Origin: Bacteroidota bacterium
GTDB lineage: Bacteria > Bacteroidota > Bacteroidia > UKL13-3
Direction: 5' to 3'
Length of the DNA: 64,000 nucleotides
Assembly (NCBI GenBank): GCA_027482225.1
Contig: JAIXWD010000014.1
Location: forward strand, 74,719 to 138,718
Positions within the stretch are counted from its first letter, which is position 1. Each line of letters starts with the position of its first letter. Of this stretch, positions 29,067 to 39,012 are shown piece after piece. A program made the translations under genes and the position numbers. The notes under the pieces are model-generated. The model did no database searches. It worked only from the letters and a program-made list of their open reading frames with translations, and had not been told where the DNA came from.

Positions 29067-31103
29067 ATGGCTGATATCGAACCAAACAACCAAAGTCCAC
29101 AGGAACCAACCCCAGGACCACGTAAACCTAAAGTACCTCAAATGCCCAAGTTTAATTTTTATTGGATATACGGGATTATTTTTGCCGTATTTCTTGGCAT
29201 ACAACTCATGCCACATGATGTTGCACTAAAAACCACATGGTTTCGTGTGCAAAGCGACATGATTATGGCAAATAGTGTAGAAAAAATAACCATTGTTAAT
29301 GAAAAACGTGCAGAGGTTACATTAAAAAAAGAAGCCCTTAATGGTGAAAAATTTAAAGACCTAAAAGATCGCAGCCTTTTTGGAGAAGATATTGGTCCGC
29401 ACTATTATTTTGAAATTGGTGATGTAACACAATTTCGTGCAGATTTAAAAGATGCGGAATTGGAATACGCTAAACGTAATCCTGGTCTTAACATACAAAT
29501 ACCAGTTGAATACACAACACAACACAATTATTTTGGCGATATATTAGGATGGATTTTACCATTTTTATTGTTGCTAGGGTTATGGATGTTTTTGATGCGC
29601 AAAATGGGCAGTGGTGGTGCAGGAGGAGGACAATTGTTTAACATTGGAAAATCTAAAGCAACACTTTTTGATAAAGAAAGCCTGGTAAAGATTACATTTA
29701 AAGATGTTGCGGGATTAGATGAAGCCAAAGTGGAAATTATGGAAATTGTTGATTTCCTTAAAAATCCCAAAAAATATACCAACCTAGGAGGTAAAATCCC
29801 TAAAGGCGCTTTATTGGTTGGCCCTCCGGGTACAGGTAAAACCTTATTGGCAAAAGCCGTTGCAGGCGAAGCCGGTGTGCCTTTTTTCTCATTATCAGGT
29901 TCTGATTTTGTGGAGATGTTTGTTGGTGTTGGAGCAAGTCGCGTACGCGATTTATTCCGCCAAGCAAAAGAAAAAGCACCTTGCATTATTTTCATTGATG
30001 AGATAGATGCCGTTGGCCGAGCACGTGGTCGTAATATGGTACAAGGTGGTAATGATGAACGTGAGAATACCTTAAACCAATTATTAACCGAAATGGATGG
30101 TTTCTCTACCGATTCAGGTGTGATTATTTTAGCCGCAACCAACCGTCCTGATATTTTAGATGCAGCATTGTTGCGTCCGGGTCGTTTTGATAGACAAATT
30201 TCAATTGACAAACCAGACTTAGCAGGTCGTGCGGAAATATTTAAAGTGCATTTAAAACCACTAAAATTAAATGCAGATGTAAGTGCAGATCGCTTATCAA
30301 CCCAAACTGCTGGTTTTGCGGGTGCAGAAATTGCCAACGTGTGTAACGAAGCTGCGCTAATAGCTGCACGTAAAAACAAAACTGAAATCGACATGCAAGA
30401 TTTTCAGGATGCAGTTGATCGTGTAATTGGGGGATTGGAAAAGAAGAATAAAATTATTTCGCCTGAAGAAAAAGAAATTATTGCTTACCACGAAAGTGGA
30501 CACGCCATTGTTGGTTGGTTCTTAAAGGATCTTGACCCGTTAGTAAAAGTTAGTATTGTACCTCGTGGTGTTGCAGCATTAGGTTATGCGCAATACTTGC
30601 CAAAAGACCAATACCTATATACCACCGAACAAATGGAAAACATGATGTGCATGACCTTAGGTGGACGTGTAGCAGAAGACATTGTATTTGGAAGAGTAAG
30701 TACGGGAGCACAAAATGATTTGGAACGTATTACACGTATGGCTTACGCTATGGTTACCATTTATGGTATGAATAGTAATGTAGGTAATGTAAGTTTCCAC
30801 GACCCAAATAACGAGTATGGATTTACAAAACCATACAGCGATAAAACAGCTGAGATGATTGATGTTGAAGTACGCAAACAAATTGATGCTTGCTATCAAA
30901 AAACCAAAGTATTACTGCTCGAAAAACGTGATAAATTAGAAGAGCTATCGCAAATTTTATTGAAACGTGAAATTTTATTCCAACACGATTTGGAAGAAAT
31001 TTTAGGCAAACGTCCGTTTGATGCAGTGAAGGAAGAAACTCCTTTAGAAATAACAGCAGCAGAAGAAACACACGAAAAACTAGATACAGAAACACACGAA
31101 TAG
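29067..31103 (+). CDS. ftsH: ATP-dependent zinc metalloprotease FtsH
   Basis: N-terminal TM pair. AAA module with Walker A GPPGTGKT and Walker B IIFIDEIDAVG. SRH region. Zn-binding HESGHAIV. Confidence 0.95.
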   Translation: MADIEPNNQSPQEPTPGPRKPKVPQMPKFNFYWIYGIIFAVFLGIQLMPHDVALKTTWFRVQSDMIMANSVEKITIVNEKRAEVTLKKEALNGEKFKDLKDRSLFGEDIGPHYYFEIGDVTQFRADLKDAELEYAKRNPGLNIQIPVEYTTQHNYFGDILGWILPFLLLLGLWMFLMRKMGSGGAGGGQLFNIGKSKATLFDKESLVKITFKDVAGLDEAKVEIMEIVDFLKNPKKYTNLGGKIPKGALLVGPPGTGKTLLAKAVAGEAGVPFFSLSGSDFVEMFVGVGASRVRDLFRQAKEKAPCIIFIDEIDAVGRARGRNMVQGGNDERENTLNQLLTEMDGFSTDSGVIILAATNRPDILDAALLRPGRFDRQISIDKPDLAGRAEIFKVHLKPLKLNADVSADRLSTQTAGFAGAEIANVCNEAALIAARKNKTEIDMQDFQDAVDRVIGGLEKKNKIISPEEKEIIAYHESGHAIVGWFLKDLDPLVKVSIVPRGVAALGYAQYLPKDQYLYTTEQMENMMCMTLGGRVAEDIVFGRVSTGAQNDLERITRMAYAMVTIYGMNSNVGNVSFHDPNNEYGFTKPYSDKTAEMIDVEVRKQIDACYQKTKVLLLEKRDKLEELSQILLKREILFQHDLEEILGKRPFDAVKEETPLEITAAEETHEKLDTETHE

Positions 31104-31124
31104 TACGTTTCATAACAAATATAA

Positions 31125-31160
31125 AATCCCTCCATAGCGAAAGCTGTTGGGGGATTTTTT
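31125..31160 (+). terminator. Terminator-like hairpin after ftsH
   Basis: aatccctcc...ggggggatt stem followed by ttttttgttt. Confidence 0.55.
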
Positions 31161-31540
31161 GTTTAGTGATTTACAATAAAAATAAAAATGTTGGAGCGAT
31201 AATAGTTTTGGGGCTTACCATAAAGCACACACAACACAAGCAAAACACAAAAATTATAGCCGAATATAGTTTCAAAATATTAGCCTTATTACAATATCAT
31301 ATAAATTTTAGTAAGTTTGAGTTTCGCTAACAAGCAAGTTAACATCATTTAGAAAGAAAGATATTTTTTCAAAATAGTTGAATGAGCCTTTCAATTATGT
31401 CAGAATAAAAATTACGCTACCATAATACATCATAACTAAAACTAAGCGATAAGTTTACACCTGAAAAATGGTTTCTTGCTTAAATTCTTTTAGCATGTAT
31501 GATATTAAAAAATCTTAAGAGTAAAAACCTCAAAAAACAA

Positions 31541-32821
31541 ATGAAAAAAAATATACTAATTGGAATAATGTTAATTATAGGACTCTATTCCTTAAACGTT
31601 AATGCGCAATCAAACAAGTGTGCAACTATGCAACATCTTCAAAAGAGTCTCACTAAAGACCCTACTTTAAAACTTAGAATGATTGAAAGCGAAAAAGCAA
31701 TAAACCAATGGATTTCAAATCATGCACGAAATAAGAAATCGAATCGTGGAGTAATAGTTATCCCTACAGTTGTTCATGTAATTTGGAAAGAGACAATTGA
31801 AAACGTGAATGATGACCAAATTTTATCTCAAATTAAAGTCTTGAATGAGGACTTTAGATTAATGAACGCTGATAGTTTAAACGACAAACATCCATTTTGG
31901 CCATTTACAATTGATGCGGATATTGAATTTTGTCTTGCAAAACAAGACCCTAATGGAAATCCTACAAATGGCATTACAAGAACGCAAACAACAGTAACCG
32001 CGTGGGATGATAACAATTCAGATAATATTAAATCCACTGCTAATGGTGGTCGAGATAATTGGGATCCAACAAAGTACCTAAATATTTATGTAGTAAACCT
32101 TGATGGAACGACTTTAGGTTTTGCTACATTTCCAGACGAACTCACAACTCAACCCAATTTAGATGGAGTAGTAATTCGATATGAAGCATTTGGTACAGAA
32201 GGAACAGCAGGATCAGGGAATTTTCCTTCAAATGATGGAGGTAGAACCGGAACCCATGAAGTAGGGCATTGGCTCAACCTCAGACATATTTGGGCCGACA
32301 CGATATGTGGTAATGACTTTGTAGCAGATACTGAACCAGCAGAAGAAGCAAATTATGAATGTCCTACATTTCCTCATAAACCAAACAATAAATGCGGTTC
32401 AGGCTCAAACGGTGAAATGTACATGAATTACATGGACTATGTTGATGATAAATGCATGCACATGTTTACAGCAGGACAATCAGACAGAATGCATGCGGCT
32501 TTAAATGGACCTCGTTCTTTACTAATTACTTCAAATGGTTGTCAATTACCAACTACTTTAAATGAATTAAATTTTTTAAACTCAGTTGCTATATATCCTA
32601 ATCCTAATAATGGACAATTTACTTTGTCAATAAATTTAAAAAATAATAGTGTTGTAAGTGCATCATTAATCAATTTAGTTGGAGTAACCGTTAAAGAATT
32701 TGGTATTATTTCAGGAGAGATATCAAATATTGACGTTACTAATTTTTCAACAGGGGCTTATTATTTAAAAGTAAGTAATTCAACAACATCAATAATAAAA
32801 AAAGTTTTTATTACTAAATAA
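31541..32821 (+). CDS. Secreted zinc metalloprotease, M43 (cytophagalysin/pappalysin-like) family with T9SS C-terminal sorting domain
   Basis: Signal peptide MKKNILIGIMLIIGLYSLNVNAQ. Extended zinc motif HEVGHWLNLRH. C-terminal IYPNPNNGQFTLS…GAYYLKVSNSTTSIIKKVFITK. Confidence 0.8.
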   Translation: MKKNILIGIMLIIGLYSLNVNAQSNKCATMQHLQKSLTKDPTLKLRMIESEKAINQWISNHARNKKSNRGVIVIPTVVHVIWKETIENVNDDQILSQIKVLNEDFRLMNADSLNDKHPFWPFTIDADIEFCLAKQDPNGNPTNGITRTQTTVTAWDDNNSDNIKSTANGGRDNWDPTKYLNIYVVNLDGTTLGFATFPDELTTQPNLDGVVIRYEAFGTEGTAGSGNFPSNDGGRTGTHEVGHWLNLRHIWADTICGNDFVADTEPAEEANYECPTFPHKPNNKCGSGSNGEMYMNYMDYVDDKCMHMFTAGQSDRMHAALNGPRSLLITSNGCQLPTTLNELNFLNSVAIYPNPNNGQFTLSINLKNNSVVSASLINLVGVTVKEFGIISGEISNIDVTNFSTGAYYLKVSNSTTSIIKKVFITK

Positions 32822-32871
32822 CAATAGATAGAAGCGGGGCTTGGCTCCCGCTTCTATCCATAACAGAAATT

Positions 32872-33267
32872 ATGAATAAATTATTTATAGGAGTTTTATT
32901 GAGTTTATTCTTTTCTTGTAAAGGAACAAAGACCATTACCCATGATGAAAATAATCAAAAAAAAGAGCATTCATCGGATAATATTTATCGCTTTAATATT
33001 TCATTTATCAGTATTGGTTCCGGGATAGATGGTAAAGCAAGACAAGATTTTTTAAACTTTATTAGCGAATATGAGACCAAAAATAATATTCAACTTGAAA
33101 TGGAAACAGTTAAATGGGGTCGAGAAGGAGAAACAGACTATTGTACAAAATTGTCTCAATTAAATTCAGACGAGCAAGTTAAATTTATTTCATCTATCAA
33201 AGAATTAACAAAAACATCTAAACTTGTTCGCTATTCCGAAAACACAACATGTAAAAAAAGAAACTAA
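32872..33267 (+). CDS. Hypothetical lipoprotein (131 aa)
   Basis: Lipobox LFFSCKG. No recognisable domain. Confidence 0.5.
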   Translation: MNKLFIGVLLSLFFSCKGTKTITHDENNQKKEHSSDNIYRFNISFISIGSGIDGKARQDFLNFISEYETKNNIQLEMETVKWGREGETDYCTKLSQLNSDEQVKFISSIKELTKTSKLVRYSENTTCKKRN

Positions 33268-33459
33268 CAAGATTTTTGACGAAAGCTAACTTGATGCTAA
33301 CAGACTTTTAACTCAAGTAGCGAAAAGTGATTTCCCATTCAAGTAGTTATCTTTAACTTGGCTTAACTAAATTCACTTCGCATTAACCACCTTTGGCAAA
33401 CGAGCGTTATATAAGTAGTATTTATGTTTGAAATAATAAATGTAAACTCATAATTAATT

Positions 33460-35178
33460 ATGATTAATAAAAATTTAATTGAAATCTCGATTGCAACAAG
33501 TATCGATAGGCAGAAAATTTATCAACTACGCCACGAAGTATATGCCTTAGAGTTAATGCAGCACCCACATAACGATAGAATGATGATTGAAGATAAGCTA
33601 GATGACTTCAACACATATATTATTGCCAAAATAAATACAGAAATAGTTGGTTTCATTAGTATTACTCCACCTAATAAAAACGATTATTCTATCGATAAAT
33701 ATTTCACTCGAATGGAAATTCCTTTCGCAGTAGATTTAGGAACATACGAAATACGATTATTAACAGTACTCAAAGAATTTCGAGGTAAGCATATAGCATT
33801 AGCTCTCATGTGGGCCGCTTTTCGATTAATTCAGTCTTTAGGTGGTATAAATATTATGGCCATAGGGCGATCTGAGGTGTTGGACTTGTATTTAAAATTA
33901 GGATTTAAGGCTACGAATAAGGAAGTTAAAGCTGGTGAAGTTTCGTTTACACTAATCCATGCAAATGTGAGGGAATTGAATGATTTCATTGAAAATAATT
34001 TCAAAAACACCTTCACCAAAATAAAAAAGCAATGTGACTGGAAATTGGCAATAGATTTTTTTAAACCTGCTAATTGCTATCATGGAGGTGCTTTTTTTGA
34101 TGCCATTGGAAACGAATTTGATGACCTCAATAGAAGAAAAAATATAATTAATGCTGACGTATTAGATGCTTGGTTTGATCCTGCTCCAAAGTTAATTTCA
34201 GAAATAGAAAATCAATTATCATGGATTTGTAAAACTTCTCCTCCAACTGATTGTACTGGTATGTCCAATGGCATAGCCAAATCACGAGGGCTAAAATCCT
34301 GTAACGTTCTTCCAGGTGCTGGCTCTTCTGATTTAATTTTTCTTGCTTTTAGAGAGTGGTTATTGCCAGAATCACATGTATTGATTCTTGATCCAACTTA
34401 TGGTGAATATGTCCATGTTCTAGAAAATATTATTGGATGTAAGGTTGATCGCATCAACTTGCTAAAAGCCAATAATTATATATTGGATCTAGAAAAGCTT
34501 ATAGACCTAGCAAAAAATAATTACGACTTAATTGTCATTGTTAATCCAAATAGCCCTACAGGTCAGCATATTCCGAGGATTAAACTCGAGAATGCTTTAA
34601 GCCAAATCAGCCCTACTACTCGTATTTGGATAGATGAAACCTATATCGAATATTGTGGTAGAGATCAATCTTTAGAGAAATATGCTGTTAGTACAAGTAA
34701 TGTTATTGTTTGTAAATCGATGTCTAAGGTATATGCATTAAGCGGACTTCGCTCTGCATATTTATGTGCCTCTCCTTTTCAACTTGAAAAATTAAGGTCT
34801 ATATCTCCTCCATGGGCAGTAAGTCTTCCATCTCAAATTGCAGCATTGATTGCATTAAAAGAGGATAGTTATTATGAAAAATGCTATGAGCAGACCCACA
34901 TACTGAGAGAAGAGTTCTGTAGAGAATTGCTGAAATTTAACTCTTTTGAGGTTTTACAAAGTAAAGCCAATTTTGTGCTATGTTTTCTCCCTGAAAATGG
35001 GCCTAGCGCTGAAACTGTTGTTTCTAAATGCAAGGAAATGGGACTATTTATAAGGGATGTATCAAATATGGGAAATAATTTTAATAAACATACAATCAGA
35101 ATTGCGATTAAAGATAAAGAAACAAATCAAAAGATGATAGAAATTATTAAGCAAGTGCTAGATGATCAAAGAAAATAA
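33460..35178 (+). CDS. Fusion protein. N-terminal GNAT-like acyltransferase (N-acyl amino acid synthase / LuxI-like fold) fused to a C-terminal class I/II PLP aminotransferase (HisC/CobD-like)
   Basis: N-domain of about 180 aa with LRHEVYALEL…FISI…RGKHIALALM. C-domain with a PLP-lysine context SMSKVYALSGLRSAY and NPNSPTG, typical of histidinol-phosphate aminotransferase / threonine-phosphate decarboxylase. Continuous ORF of 572 aa. Confidence 0.7.
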   Translation: MINKNLIEISIATSIDRQKIYQLRHEVYALELMQHPHNDRMMIEDKLDDFNTYIIAKINTEIVGFISITPPNKNDYSIDKYFTRMEIPFAVDLGTYEIRLLTVLKEFRGKHIALALMWAAFRLIQSLGGINIMAIGRSEVLDLYLKLGFKATNKEVKAGEVSFTLIHANVRELNDFIENNFKNTFTKIKKQCDWKLAIDFFKPANCYHGGAFFDAIGNEFDDLNRRKNIINADVLDAWFDPAPKLISEIENQLSWICKTSPPTDCTGMSNGIAKSRGLKSCNVLPGAGSSDLIFLAFREWLLPESHVLILDPTYGEYVHVLENIIGCKVDRINLLKANNYILDLEKLIDLAKNNYDLIVIVNPNSPTGQHIPRIKLENALSQISPTTRIWIDETYIEYCGRDQSLEKYAVSTSNVIVCKSMSKVYALSGLRSAYLCASPFQLEKLRSISPPWAVSLPSQIAALIALKEDSYYEKCYEQTHILREEFCRELLKFNSFEVLQSKANFVLCFLPENGPSAETVVSKCKEMGLFIRDVSNMGNNFNKHTIRIAIKDKETNQKMIEIIKQVLDDQRK

Positions 35179-35359
35179 TATAACGCTAACAAGGGCTCAG
35201 CAAAAGTAGCATACAAGTGCTCCGCTGATAAGTTTTTAGGTAATCATTTCATAGCTATCGAGAATTATACACTCAAAAAATCGCGACTTTACAAAGTTTG
35301 TTGTTTGAAAAATCTTGACTTTAACCAAATCTAAAGTGTTAAAAAAATAATCCCTACAA

Positions 35360-36025
35360 TCAAATATCCCTGCACTCCATCATCAACAAATCACCTTCGG
35401 TGTGCTCTATTATTACTAAACCATCTTGTGCTGCGCTATTGCTACTGCTGGTGCGGTAGCCTAAAGTTAATACATCGTTTTGTAAGTTATAATTTAACCC
35501 TTGTGTGTTAACGCCACTTACCACACCAACCGGTATTATTGATAACACAGTATCTTTTACGTACCACTTTTGGTAACGTTTGGGTAATTGAAAAATCTTT
35601 GAATAATCATCGTGCAATACAATATTAATTTGTTGCTTGTAACGCACCATGTCGGTTATGTTACTTAAGTTATGATCGGCCCTGCGACCTGTTGCCCATA
35701 TAATATTTACGGCATCAAAATTTCGTGCAATTAAAAACTCAATCCCCTTTTGTAAGTCGGTTTTATTTTGGTCGGGTGTATGAACAATTTCTATTTTTTG
35801 TTGTGCTTGTATTTGTTCTACCGAATGGTTCTTACTATCAAAATCGCCTAGTAAAACATCAATTTTAATACCCAATTCCAGCACACGGTTTATGGCACCA
35901 TCAAGCACCACAACAAACGGACTCCATTCCAACAATTGCCCAAGCAACTCATTCGAGCAGCTTTCGCCATTAGCTATAATTAATGCAGGCTCTTGCCCTT
36001 CTCTTATTATGTGGTGTGATGACAT
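35360..36025 (-). CDS. Thiamine pyrophosphokinase
   Basis: LLGDFDS and DQNKTDLQKGIEF motifs. About 220 aa. C-terminal thiamin-binding domain. Confidence 0.8.
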   Translation of the reverse strand: MSSHHIIREGQEPALIIANGESCSNELLGQLLEWSPFVVVLDGAINRVLELGIKIDVLLGDFDSKNHSVEQIQAQQKIEIVHTPDQNKTDLQKGIEFLIARNFDAVNIIWATGRRADHNLSNITDMVRYKQQINIVLHDDYSKIFQLPKRYQKWYVKDTVLSIIPVGVVSGVNTQGLNYNLQNDVLTLGYRTSSSNSAAQDGLVIIEHTEGDLLMMECRDI

Positions 36026-36037
36026 CGGTAATAAAAG

Positions 36038-36340
36038 TTATCTTACAACTACATCAGTAATTAACTGCATTCCGGCTTCTTTGTTTACCAACTCTACAAT
36101 TTTAAAACGTTGGTAATTTAACTCTTGGCGTAAAGCAGCTGATTCTATTTGAATATTAAGTTTACCATCAAAAAAATAAATCTTTTTGGTTTGCCCAGCT
36201 ATCAACTTACCTACAATACTTTCCCATTTATTTATCACATTAACCTCAGCCAATTTCCCATCCATGTTTTCACTTCTCAAAAAATCTCCAATGGCTTCTT
36301 TTAAGGTTTGATCATTGTCTTTTTTCTTCATCATAACCAT
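36038..36340 (-). CDS. DUF721 (DciA-like) small protein, typically encoded downstream of recF
   Basis: About 100-aa basic protein with conserved synteny relative to recF. Segments: WESIVGKLIAGQTK and LNIQIESAALRQEL. Confidence 0.65.
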   Translation of the reverse strand: MVMMKKKDNDQTLKEAIGDFLRSENMDGKLAEVNVINKWESIVGKLIAGQTKKIYFFDGKLNIQIESAALRQELNYQRFKIVELVNKEAGMQLITDVVVR

Positions 36341-36409
36341 ACAAAACTAATGATACTGTTCACTAATCTTAAATTATTTAGCGTAAAGTTTAAAACTAAT
36401 TAGTGGGGG

Positions 36410-36700
36410 CGCCAAGGTTGCTTCGCAATTTTATTGGCTAACAAAAGGTTTAAACGCAGAGTCGCGGAGGACGCTGAGGTTGTTTGCAATTTTATTGGCT
36501 AACAGAACACACGGAAGGGCTCAGAAGGTTTAAACGCAAAGTCACAGCCTGTTCGAGTTCGCTTGGGGCTGGTTGTGCTAGAATGCGAGTATCGAGAACA
36601 GGAGTGATAAGAATAATTAACTTTGACAATCCTTTTCTCGATACGATTATGCCAACGCCAAACCTTGTAAACAATCACTCGAACAGGCTTTAACTAACAA
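36410..36700. repeat. Cluster of structured repeats (element B family), including an internal direct duplication of about 60 bp
   Basis: aggttgcttcgcaattttattggctaaca (36418) and gaggttgtttgcaattttattggctaacag (36477). ggtttaaacgca(g/a)agtc occurs twice. tatcgagaa…ttctcgata forms an inverted pair. Motifs are shared with 28030-28210. Confidence 0.5.
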
Positions 36701-36731
36701 ACCTGTCAACTAATAACCAATTAACCAACAA

Positions 36732-37841
36732 CTATTCCAACTCACTAATCTTCCCCGCATCAACCATAAAATATTTAACATCCACCTCGGGCATGGTATT
36801 AAACACCAATTGCAGTCGATCCAAATGGGTATCAGTAATTAATATTTGACCAAACTCACCATTGGCTATCATTTGCAGAAGGGTATTTAATCGCTGCTCA
36901 TCCAATTTTTCAAAAATATCATCTAGCAATAAAAGTGGTTTCACCGTTGTTCTGTTTTTTAAATAATGATACTGAGCCAGTTTTAACGAAATAATAAATG
37001 ATTTTTGCTGACCCTGAGAACCAAACTTTTTAATCGCATAACCATTTATACAAAACTCCAATTCATCTTTGTGTATGCCTTTGGTGGTGCGCTGCGCTGC
37101 AAAATCACGTTGGGTATTTTCAATTAATAATTGTTCAAAATCATTGGCTAGTAAATCACTTTGGTAGTTGATACTGACCTCCTCGCTGGCATTTGCTATT
37201 TGCTTATAAAAATTGTTAAATACAGGAACAAATTCAACCAAAAACTGCTTACGATATTGATGTATGGCATTACCATGCTTTATCAATAATGCGTTATACG
37301 TTTCCAACAACGTTTGGTCAATTTGACCATGCTCTGCAAAAACCCTTAACTGCTTATTGCGTTGCTCCAAAACCCGATTATACAACAACACATCATTCAG
37401 GTACATTTTATTTAATTGGGCTATCATGCCGTCTAAGAACTTTCTTCGTTCTTCACTGCCTTCATGCAATAACATAATGTCATTTGGCGTAATCATTACC
37501 AAAGGATAATGTCCAATATGGTCACTAAATTTTTTTACCTCATTATTATTTATTTTTAGCACTTTCTTGCCTTTTTCAAAAAACAGAAAAGCATTTTCAA
37601 CTAAATCATTTCTATTATAAGTAGCCGTGATGCTAAAATAATTTTCGTCATGCAACACATGTTGCAAATCGCTAGGGTTGAAATAACTTTTGGTAAAGGA
37701 TAGATAATAAACGGCATCAAGTACATTGGTTTTACCAGCCCCATTTTTACCTACAAAGCAATTTACCTGTGCATGAAGGTTAATTTTTGCCGAGGTGTAG
37801 TTTTTAAACTGCTGTAAATGGAGCGTTTTGATAGCAAGCAT
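36732..37841 (-). CDS. recF: DNA replication and repair protein RecF
   Basis: Walker A GKNGAGKTN. SMC-like ABC ATPase layout. 369 aa. Confidence 0.9.
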   Translation of the reverse strand: MLAIKTLHLQQFKNYTSAKINLHAQVNCFVGKNGAGKTNVLDAVYYLSFTKSYFNPSDLQHVLHDENYFSITATYNRNDLVENAFLFFEKGKKVLKINNNEVKKFSDHIGHYPLVMITPNDIMLLHEGSEERRKFLDGMIAQLNKMYLNDVLLYNRVLEQRNKQLRVFAEHGQIDQTLLETYNALLIKHGNAIHQYRKQFLVEFVPVFNNFYKQIANASEEVSINYQSDLLANDFEQLLIENTQRDFAAQRTTKGIHKDELEFCINGYAIKKFGSQGQQKSFIISLKLAQYHYLKNRTTVKPLLLLDDIFEKLDEQRLNTLLQMIANGEFGQILITDTHLDRLQLVFNTMPEVDVKYFMVDAGKISELE

Positions 37842-37967
37842 GACATGCGAATATACTTTTGAAGGTTGATTTTTGATAAAATATAAATAACATGCTCATT
37901 ATCAATATCTAGACAAACGCTTTGCACAATGCCGAAATTTATTAGTTTTGCAGTTCTTCGCAACAAT

Positions 37968-38963
37968 ATGGTAAAGACAAAATTTACGAAAGAAACATAC
38001 GAAAGCTGGTACGAGCAAATGCTGCTTATGCGCAGATTTGAGGAAAAATCAGCACAACTATATGGTCAGCAAAAAATAAAGGGCTTTTGCCATTTGTACA
38101 TTGGTCAAGAAGCTGTAGTTGCAGGTACCGTAAGTGCCACACGTAAAGACGACAGACACATTACTGCTTACCGCGATCACGCGCATGCAATAGCTTTGGG
38201 TATTCCTTCACGCGAGGTAATGGCTGAGTTATTTGGTAAAGTTACGGGTTGCAGTAAAGGTAAAGGTGGTAGCATGCACATGTTTAGTAAAGAGCATAAC
38301 TTCTTTGGCGGACATGGTATCGTTGGCGGACAAATTCCGCTTGGCGCTGGTATTGCACTAGCTGATCAATATAGAGGTGGGGACCAAGTTACTATCTGTA
38401 GTTTTGGCGATGGTGCTGCTCGTCAGGGTGCATTACACGAAACATTTAACATGGCCATGTTGTGGAAACTGCCAGTTATTTTTATAGTTGAAAACAACGG
38501 TTATGCAATGGGTACTTCGGTTGAACGTACAACCAATGTATTAGATATGAGTGTAATTGGTGCTGGCTATGCCATGCCAAGTTTTGTAGTTGATGGTATG
38601 AAACCAGAAACAGTGCACGAAGCAATTGCTGAGGCTGTTGAACGTGCGCGTAAAGGAGATGGCCCAACCTACTTAGAAATACGCACCTACCGTTACCGCG
38701 GACATAGTATGAGTGACCCTGCAAAGTACCGTACCAAAGAAGAGGTAGAGGATTACAAAAAGAAAGACCCATTAGAAGTAGTTAAAACCACCATGCTAAA
38801 AAATAAATTTGCCGATGAGAAGTGGTTTGATGAAATGGAAACTAAAATTGAAGCCATTATAAACGATTCGGTAGAGTTTGCAGAAAATTCAGCATGGCCT
38901 GAACCTGAAGCTTTATGGGAAGATGTGTATGTTCAATCAGATTATCCTTTTATTAGAGAATAA
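37968..38963 (+). CDS. pdhA: Pyruvate dehydrogenase E1 component alpha subunit (TPP-dependent)
   Basis: TPP-binding GDGA…N motif (SFGDGAARQGALHETFNMAMLWKLPVIFIVENNGYAMGTS). YRTKEEVE phosphorylation-loop-like region. Confidence 0.9.
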   Translation: MVKTKFTKETYESWYEQMLLMRRFEEKSAQLYGQQKIKGFCHLYIGQEAVVAGTVSATRKDDRHITAYRDHAHAIALGIPSREVMAELFGKVTGCSKGKGGSMHMFSKEHNFFGGHGIVGGQIPLGAGIALADQYRGGDQVTICSFGDGAARQGALHETFNMAMLWKLPVIFIVENNGYAMGTSVERTTNVLDMSVIGAGYAMPSFVVDGMKPETVHEAIAEAVERARKGDGPTYLEIRTYRYRGHSMSDPAKYRTKEEVEDYKKKDPLEVVKTTMLKNKFADEKWFDEMETKIEAIINDSVEFAENSAWPEPEALWEDVYVQSDYPFIRE

Positions 38964-39012
38964 TTTTTGTATACTTGAAGCCAAGTGAATTTATTACCCG
39001 ATTATTTAAAAT

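Noticed and set aside
29528-30394. 288-aa ORF on the minus strand inside ftsH
   Set aside because: It is entirely antisense to a high-confidence, motif-rich FtsH coding sequence. Long antisense ORFs are expected in such regions and this one has no start context.
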